The notes beneath the pieces were generated by a model that was not told the origin of the DNA, ran no database searches, and was given only the letters and a program-made list of their open reading frames with translations. The translations under genes were made by a program, and so were the position numbers. A stretch of 63,825 nt of DNA, counting the filler. It is 4 parts of 4 records of this genome, joined end to end, with 100 filler letters (N's around TTAATTAATTAA, not from the genome) between each part and the next. Parts side by side here need not be neighbours in the genome. Positions count along the whole stretch, not along the records: positions 42,408 to 58,689 come from SRR2962707_5075; positions 58,790 to 63,825 come from SRR2962707_5458; 2 more parts are not named here. One strand, 5' to 3'. Shown in pieces: positions 58,025 through 63,825 of this stretch (positions within the stretch are counted from its first letter, which is position 1; the number at the start of each line of letters is the position of its first letter).

Positions 58025-58143
58025 AGTCCGCTTGCAGTGGTGGGGTGGCCCTTGTGGGAGGGCGCTCGCCAAATCGGTCAATGAAGGCCCGCACAACCGA
58101 TGTGGTTGGCGGGCCCTGTTTTTGGCGGGTGCTTGTCCCCGAT

Positions 58144-58689
<546 letters not shown>

Positions 58690-58789
58690 NNNNNNNNNNN
58701 NNNNNNNNNNNNNNNNNNNNNNNNNNNNNNNNNTTAATTAATTAANNNNNNNNNNNNNNNNNNNNNNNNNNNNNNNNNNNNNNNNNNNN
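58690..58789. other. Artificial contig spacer
   Basis: N-run, TTAATTAATTAA, N-run. Confidence 0.98.
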
Positions 58790-58790
58790 T

Positions 58791-59417
58791 CAAAAAAGCC
58801 TCTCGTTCAACAGCGCCCGTTTTCTCATCAGCGCCTCCAAACTGGACGAATGCCCCCCCGACCATGGCGCCGAAGTTGCCTTTGCCGGCCGCTCCAATGC
58901 GGGCAAATCCAGCGCCCTGAACGCCATCACCGCCAATGGCAAACTGGCTCGCACCAGTAAAACCCCCGGCCGGACCCGGCTGATCAACTTTTTCAGCCTG
59001 AATCGGGAACATGCCCGTCTGGTCGACCTGCCCGGTTACGGCTATGCGAAAGTGTCCCGGGACATGAAAGACGACTGGCAACAGCATCTCGGCCATTACC
59101 TGAATGATCGCCGCTGCCTGCGTGGTCTGGTTCTGGTGATGGACATCCGGCACCCGCTCACCGATTTCGACCAGATGATGGTGGAATGGTGTGAACATAA
59201 CCACCTTCCGCTCATGATTCTGGCCACGAAGGCCGACAAACTGAAGTTTGGTCAGGCAAAAACCGCCATGCTGGGTATCGCGAAAACGCTGAAGGAATAT
59301 CAATGTGTGGAGCACCTCATCATGTTCTCCGCCACCTCCAAGCGCGGAGTCGACGAGTGCCGGGAAGCGCTGACCCACTGGCTGGAAGCCTCGGAACAGG
59401 CGCCGGTTGAGGCATAA
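58791..59417 (+). CDS. engB: Ribosome-biogenesis GTPase YihA/EngB (start cut off)
   Basis: Frame from 58791 reads [34 protein letters not shown]. Confidence 0.95.
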   Translation, partial: QKSLSFNSARFLISASKLDECPPDHGAEVAFAGRSNAGKSSALNAITANGKLARTSKTPGRTRLINFFSLNREHARLVDLPGYGYAKVSRDMKDDWQQHLGHYLNDRRCLRGLVLVMDIRHPLTDFDQMMVEWCEHNHLPLMILATKADKLKFGQAKTAMLGIAKTLKEYQCVEHLIMFSATSKRGVDECREALTHWLEASEQAPVEA

Positions 59418-59617
59418 AAAGCCGGCCTGAAGAAGACAGGCCGGTGAAAACGTCAGGGTTTGCGACGTGCTATGTGCCTCTGCAACCACAGAGGCCGAAA
59501 ACCTGAGAACTCACTCAGGAGACGCAGGGAGTGTCCGGTTCCCAACGTCATTAGCTGTGACTGCGCCGCATTCAAAAAGTTCAATTTCAGATCAAACTTT
59601 GACCAGGCCAGCCAGGC

Positions 59618-60295
59618 TCATGCCTCAACGCCAGAAACACCCTGGGCTTCAGGCAAGGTAGGACGGTATTTTTCTCGCAATGCCAGCACCCGCTCACGAT
59701 ACTCCGGCGTGAGATAGGGCACTTCCAGTGTCAGCACCTGATAGATCCCCTGTTTTAACTCGGTCAGGGACAGACTGGCAGGCTCCTCGGCCGCATGAGC
59801 CGTCTTCAGAAACGCCATCCAGTTGGTAATCACCAGCCAGACATTCAGTGACATGGCCGAACGCAGATCCTCCGGCTGAGGCTGGATAATGCCGGCATCC
59901 GCCAGCTTTGCGAAAATCCGGTTGATGGCCGCCAGACAGCGATTGGTAAACTCCCGGTAGTCCCGGCGCAGCCGCGGGTCACTGTCGAGCAGGTATTCCA
60001 GATCCCGGTGGAAGAAGCGATAGCTCCAGAGGCCGTCAAACACCGACTCCAGATAGAAGGTCATATCCTCCAGGGTGATCGGTCGGTCTTCCGGAATATC
60101 CAGGTAGTAGTCCACCAGCTTTTCATATTCCTGGAAAATCTCGTAGATGATGTCGGACTTGTTGCGGAAGTGGTAATACAGATTACCCGGCGATATCGCC
60201 AGGTGCGCGGCAATGTGATTGGTGGTGATGTTGCGCTCACCCTTGTCATTAAACAGCTCCAGGCTGGATAACAGTATCTTGTCTCTGGTTTTCAT
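59618..60295 (-). CDS. laoR: TetR-family repressor, LaoR-like
   Basis: MKTRDKIL, TTNHIA..L.ISPGNLYYHF; divergent from ALDH-Tat-GMC operon. Confidence 0.75.
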   Translation of the reverse strand: MKTRDKILLSSLELFNDKGERNITTNHIAAHLAISPGNLYYHFRNKSDIIYEIFQEYEKLVDYYLDIPEDRPITLEDMTFYLESVFDGLWSYRFFHRDLEYLLDSDPRLRRDYREFTNRCLAAINRIFAKLADAGIIQPQPEDLRSAMSLNVWLVITNWMAFLKTAHAAEEPASLSLTELKQGIYQVLTLEVPYLTPEYRERVLALREKYRPTLPEAQGVSGVEA

Positions 60296-60356
60296 CGTCA
60301 TGCCGGTGTTTGTTGTTATCAGTGTCACGGATGGCCTAAAGAGCCATCCGGCTTTC

Positions 60357-60386
60357 TTGACTGCCTAGAGTATATACTCTAATAAT
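60357..60386 (+). promoter_or_regulatory. laoC promoter with TetR-type operator in the spacer
   Basis: TTGACT (60357) and TAATAA/AATAAT -10; perfect palindrome TAGAGTATATACTCTA at 60366-60381. Confidence 0.75.
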
Positions 60387-60475
60387 AGCTTCAAGCGCAA
60401 ATCGCACAGATTTTGGCCAACGACAATAACCGACTGCCAGCGCCTGTCGCTCCAGGCAGTCAGGGGGAGAAAACC

Positions 60476-61921
60476 ATGGGTGCCACCGTCGTCCAGCTCA
60501 CAGAGAGCAAGAAGCAGATCCAGCACACGCATCGCGTCTTTGAGGACCAGAAGAAGGCCTTCCGCAACAACCCGATGCCGTCCCTGACCGAGCGCAAAGA
60601 GAACCTCAAGCGTCTGAAACGGGCGCTACTGGCCCATCAGGATCGCCTGGTCGAGGCCATCGATCGGGATTTCAGCTGTCGCTCCAAAGACGAATCCCTG
60701 ATTGCCGAAGTCATGCCGTCTATTCAGGGCATCAATTACACGCTGAAGAATCTCGGCGACTGGATGAAGCCCTCCAAACGCCATGTTTCGGTTCTGTTCC
60801 AGCCCGCCAGCAACAAGGTTTACTACCAGCCCAAAGGGGTTGTAGGCGTCATCGTGCCCTGGAATTACCCTCTGTATCTGGCGGTCGGTCCACTGGTCGC
60901 TTCCCTGGCGGCCGGCAACCGCACCATGATCAAGATGTCGGAATTCACTCCGCACACGTCGGCCCTATTCAAAGAGATCATCGAGTCGATGTTCCCGGAG
61001 GATCTGGTGTCGGTGATCACTGGCGAGGCCGATGTGGCTGCTGATTTCTCCCAACGGCCTTTCGATCACCTGCTGTTTACCGGTTCTACTTCGGTGGGCA
61101 AGCTGGTGATGCGCGCGGCAGCCGAAAACCTGACCCCGGTAACCCTTGAGCTCGGCGGCAAATCCCCGGCCATTGTTTCGCCGGATGTGCCGATGGAAGA
61201 TGCGGCCCAGCGTATCGCCTTCGGCAAAGCCTTCAATGCCGGCCAGACCTGTGTGGCACCGGACTATGTGCTCTGCCCCGCCGACCGGGTGCAGGCGTTC
61301 GTAGATGAATTCCGGGCACGGTTCGCCGAGATGTACCCCAGCCTGCGGGATAACGACGACTACACGGCCATCATCAATGAGCGCCAACACCATCGCTTGC
61401 AGGGCTATCTTGAGGATGCCCGGGCCAAAGGCGCGGAACTGGTGGAGATCAATCCCGCCAACGAGAACATGAAGGACGGTACCCGGAAGATTCCGCTGAC
61501 ACTGGTGCTGAAGACCACGCCGGACATGAAGGTGATGCAGGACGAGATTTTCGGCCCGATCCTGCCGATCATCAGTTACGGCAGTCTGGACGAGGCGATC
61601 CATTACATCAATGACCGGCCACGGCCGCTGGCACTGTATTTCTTTGGCTACGACAAGTCGCACCAGCAGCATGTGGTGGACAACACCCATTCCGGCGGCA
61701 TGTGCATCAATGATGCCCTGATGCACGTGGCCCAGGACGACCTGCCGTTCGGCGGGATTGGTGATTCCGGTATGGGGCACTATCACGGTAAGGAAGGCTT
61801 CCTGACCTTCTCCCATCACCGGGCGATTTTCACCAAGCAGAAGTTCAACAGCGGCAAATACGTGTATGCGCCCCATGGTACGGCGGCGCATCGGTTGGTG
61901 TATAAGCTGTTTATTCGCTGA
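60476..61921 (+). CDS. laoC: Coniferyl-aldehyde-type aldehyde dehydrogenase (LaoC/CalB-like)
   Basis: PWNYP, FTGS, LELGGKSP, GQTCVAPDY, EIFGP, PFGG. Confidence 0.85.
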   Translation: MGATVVQLTESKKQIQHTHRVFEDQKKAFRNNPMPSLTERKENLKRLKRALLAHQDRLVEAIDRDFSCRSKDESLIAEVMPSIQGINYTLKNLGDWMKPSKRHVSVLFQPASNKVYYQPKGVVGVIVPWNYPLYLAVGPLVASLAAGNRTMIKMSEFTPHTSALFKEIIESMFPEDLVSVITGEADVAADFSQRPFDHLLFTGSTSVGKLVMRAAAENLTPVTLELGGKSPAIVSPDVPMEDAAQRIAFGKAFNAGQTCVAPDYVLCPADRVQAFVDEFRARFAEMYPSLRDNDDYTAIINERQHHRLQGYLEDARAKGAELVEINPANENMKDGTRKIPLTLVLKTTPDMKVMQDEIFGPILPIISYGSLDEAIHYINDRPRPLALYFFGYDKSHQQHVVDNTHSGGMCINDALMHVAQDDLPFGGIGDSGMGHYHGKEGFLTFSHHRAIFTKQKFNSGKYVYAPHGTAAHRLVYKLFIR

Positions 61922-61953
61922 CAAAACACGCCTGCCCGCTTGGCTGGGAGCAA

Positions 61954-62063
61954 GGCCAAGGTGCAGGGTGTCGCTCCAGGACACGCCGTTAATACATCCA
62001 TGTAGGCTTGAGCAAAACATCCCTGTTTTGCACAGTCCTGGAGCGACACCCTGCACCCTGGCC
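61954..62063. repeat. 110-bp palindromic intergenic element (REP/MITE-like)
   Basis: 29-bp terminal inverted repeats with one mismatch (GGCCAAGGTGCAGGGTGTCGCTCCAGGAC); inner TACATCCATGTA and AAAACATCCCTGTTTT hairpins. Confidence 0.8.
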
Positions 62064-62118
62064 ACCTGACGTTCGAGCAAGCCTGAACAGAATAATAAAA
62101 GACAAAGAAGCTTCTACA

Positions 62119-62754
62119 ATGACAAGCCAACACAATACGAAGAATTCCTGTCAGCCGGATGTTAGCCGTCGCAGTTTCCTCAAAACCGGTTTAGGCGGCG
62201 CGGTGTTCCTGAGCACCGTCAGCCTCTCTGCCGGGCTAACCGGCTGCGCTACGGCCCCCGCAGGCCGGGTCAGTGCGGTCGACAGCCGCATGGACACCCG
62301 CTACCAGTTCCAGTTTCTGAGCCGGGATGACATCGCCCTGTTCGAGGCCCTGTTGCCCGCCATGTTTGCCGGAGCTCTGCCGGAGGAACCCAACCAGCGT
62401 CGCTTTGCCATTGCCGGAACGATTGAACGGATCGACCAGGGCATTGTGAAGTTCGGCCCGGCGAATCAGCAGGAGCTGCGCAAGCTCTTTGATCTGCTTA
62501 ACTTTGTCCCCACCCGGATCGCCCTGGCGCGGGTATGGTCAGACTGGCCTTCAGTCAGTACCGCCGATGCCGACGCGTTTCTGCGGCGCTGGCGCGACAG
62601 TCGGATCGGACTTTTGAATAACGGCTACATTGCCCTGACCAAGATCAGCAACGTCGCCTTCTATGGGCATGAAGACCACTGGCACCTGTCTGGTTACCCG
62701 GGGCCTCCCGCCTGGATGGTGGATGCCTTGCCACAGTTCAATCCTGCCGCTTGA
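62119..62754 (+). CDS. laoB: Tat-exported (lipo)protein partner of the GMC oxidoreductase, LaoB-like
   Basis: SRRSFLK twin-arginine signal, LTGC lipobox, C-terminal FY...W..SGYPGPP. Confidence 0.75.
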   Translation: MTSQHNTKNSCQPDVSRRSFLKTGLGGAVFLSTVSLSAGLTGCATAPAGRVSAVDSRMDTRYQFQFLSRDDIALFEALLPAMFAGALPEEPNQRRFAIAGTIERIDQGIVKFGPANQQELRKLFDLLNFVPTRIALARVWSDWPSVSTADADAFLRRWRDSRIGLLNNGYIALTKISNVAFYGHEDHWHLSGYPGPPAWMVDALPQFNPAA

Positions 62755-62791
62755 TAAAACCCCGGATACCCATCGTATTAAGGAGCGAAGT

Positions 62792-63825
62792 ATGTCCATG
62801 AACGATCCCATTGCCCGGGGACTGGCTGCCGGCTGGAATGTGACCGACGCCAGCAAACTGAGCGAAAACCGCACGGTAGAGGCGGATGTTGTGGTTATCG
62901 GCACCGGTGCCGGGGGCGGCACAACCGCGGAGATCCTGGCCCGGCAGGGGCTGTCCGTCATTCTGGTGGAAGAGGGTCGACTGTATTATCAGAAAGACTT
63001 CAAGATGGACGAGCTGACGTCCTACGCCAATCTGTACCAGGAAGGCATGAGCCGGGTCACCGCCGATGGCGCCATCGCGATTTTGCAGGGCCGCTGTGTC
63101 GGAGGCTCCACCACGGTAAACTGGACCAGCAGCTTCCGCACCCCGGACGAAACGCTCACCTACTGGAGCCAGGAGCTCGGCCTCGAAGGACTGGCACCGG
63201 ACGCCATGGCCCCATGGTTTGAGGGCCGTGAGCAGCGCCACAACATGGCGCCCTGGGAAACCCCACCCAACCTGAACAACGACATCCTGCGCCAGGGCTG
63301 CGAAAAACTCGGCTACTCCTGGCAGGTAATCCCAAGAAACGTCAAAGGCTGCTGGAACAGCGGTTACTGCGGCGTAGGCTGCCCCACCAACGCCAAACAG
63401 GGGGCACTACTCACCACCATCCCGGGCGCACTGGATCACAAAGCACAGCTCTTCCACGGTCTGCGGGCGGAACGCCTGGTGATGAGTCAGGACCGGATCG
63501 ACCACCTGCTCGCCTCCGCCATGGGCCCGGATGGCGTCACCCCATCCGGCATTATGGTCACCCTGAAAGCCCGACAATTCGTGGTCGCCGCCAGCGCCAT
63601 TGGCTCCCCCGGCCTGCTGCTTCGCTCGCAGTTGCCCGACCCTTACCAGCGCGTGGGCAAGCGATCGTTCATCCATCCGGTCAACGCCACCGTCGCCCGC
63701 ATGCCGGCGAAAATCGACCCGTTCTACGGCGCTCCCCAGTCCATCTACTCGGACGAATTTAACTTCAAGGCAGGCACCGACGGCCCGGCAGGTTACAAAC
63801 TGGAAGTACCGCCCCTGCACCCGGC
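62792..63825 (+). CDS. laoA: GMC-family oxidoreductase (long-chain alcohol dehydrogenase LaoA-like), runs off the window
   Basis: AAGGAG RBS; DVVVIGTGAGGG, VEEG, GRCVGGSTTVNW, C..SGYCGVGCP. Confidence 0.85.
   Translation, partial: MSMNDPIARGLAAGWNVTDASKLSENRTVEADVVVIGTGAGGGTTAEILARQGLSVILVEEGRLYYQKDFKMDELTSYANLYQEGMSRVTADGAIAILQGRCVGGSTTVNWTSSFRTPDETLTYWSQELGLEGLAPDAMAPWFEGREQRHNMAPWETPPNLNNDILRQGCEKLGYSWQVIPRNVKGCWNSGYCGVGCPTNAKQGALLTTIPGALDHKAQLFHGLRAERLVMSQDRIDHLLASAMGPDGVTPSGIMVTLKARQFVVAASAIGSPGLLLRSQLPDPYQRVGKRSFIHPVNATVARMPAKIDPFYGAPQSIYSDEFNFKAGTDGPAGYKLEVPPLHP

Overview
The window is not one locus. Four contigs are joined by artificial 100-nt spacers (N-run, TTAATTAATTAA, N-run) at 29948-30047, 42308-42407 and 58690-58789. 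The taxonomic labels below are inferences from gene content and protein style. Contig A (1-29947, GC-rich alphaproteobacterium, Parvibaculum-like) carries lipid/xenobiotic catabolic genes and an NdvB-like GH17-GT2 glucan enzyme. It also has an accessory block: mobile mystery proteins A/B, EamA, CopD/HemJ-like, DUF2231, a heme-copper oxidase with fused subunit I/III, and heme oxygenase plus HWE bacteriophytochrome. EcfG-type promoters lie in and near this block. Contig B (30048-42307, Rhizobiales-like) has an acyl-CoA ligase, a LuxR solo, a ROK regulator coupled to a di-heme (DHOR) protein and a CRTAC1-like protein, xylFHG, a CCUCCUCCC (alpha-r14/cuckoo) sRNA, LysR and partial purU. Contig C (42408-58689, alphaproteobacterial) holds the best candidate for an undescribed system. 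It is a ~15 kb catabolic cluster: GntR, RidA, COG0523, three amidohydrolases, isochorismatase-VOC fusion, tautomerase, degenerate PhyH-like protein, DpaA-like oxidoreductase, opine dehydrogenase, creatinase-like M24, Tyr-variant enolase and GlcG. Its three promoter regions share a tandem TGWGATCWCA operator, and a glycine-riboswitch-dadA unit sits inside it. Contig D (58790-63825, Marinobacter-like) has engB and a laoR-laoCBA-like long-chain alcohol oxidation locus with a palindromic operator and an intergenic palindromic repeat. I found no CRISPR array, tRNA, rRNA, integrase or transposase.
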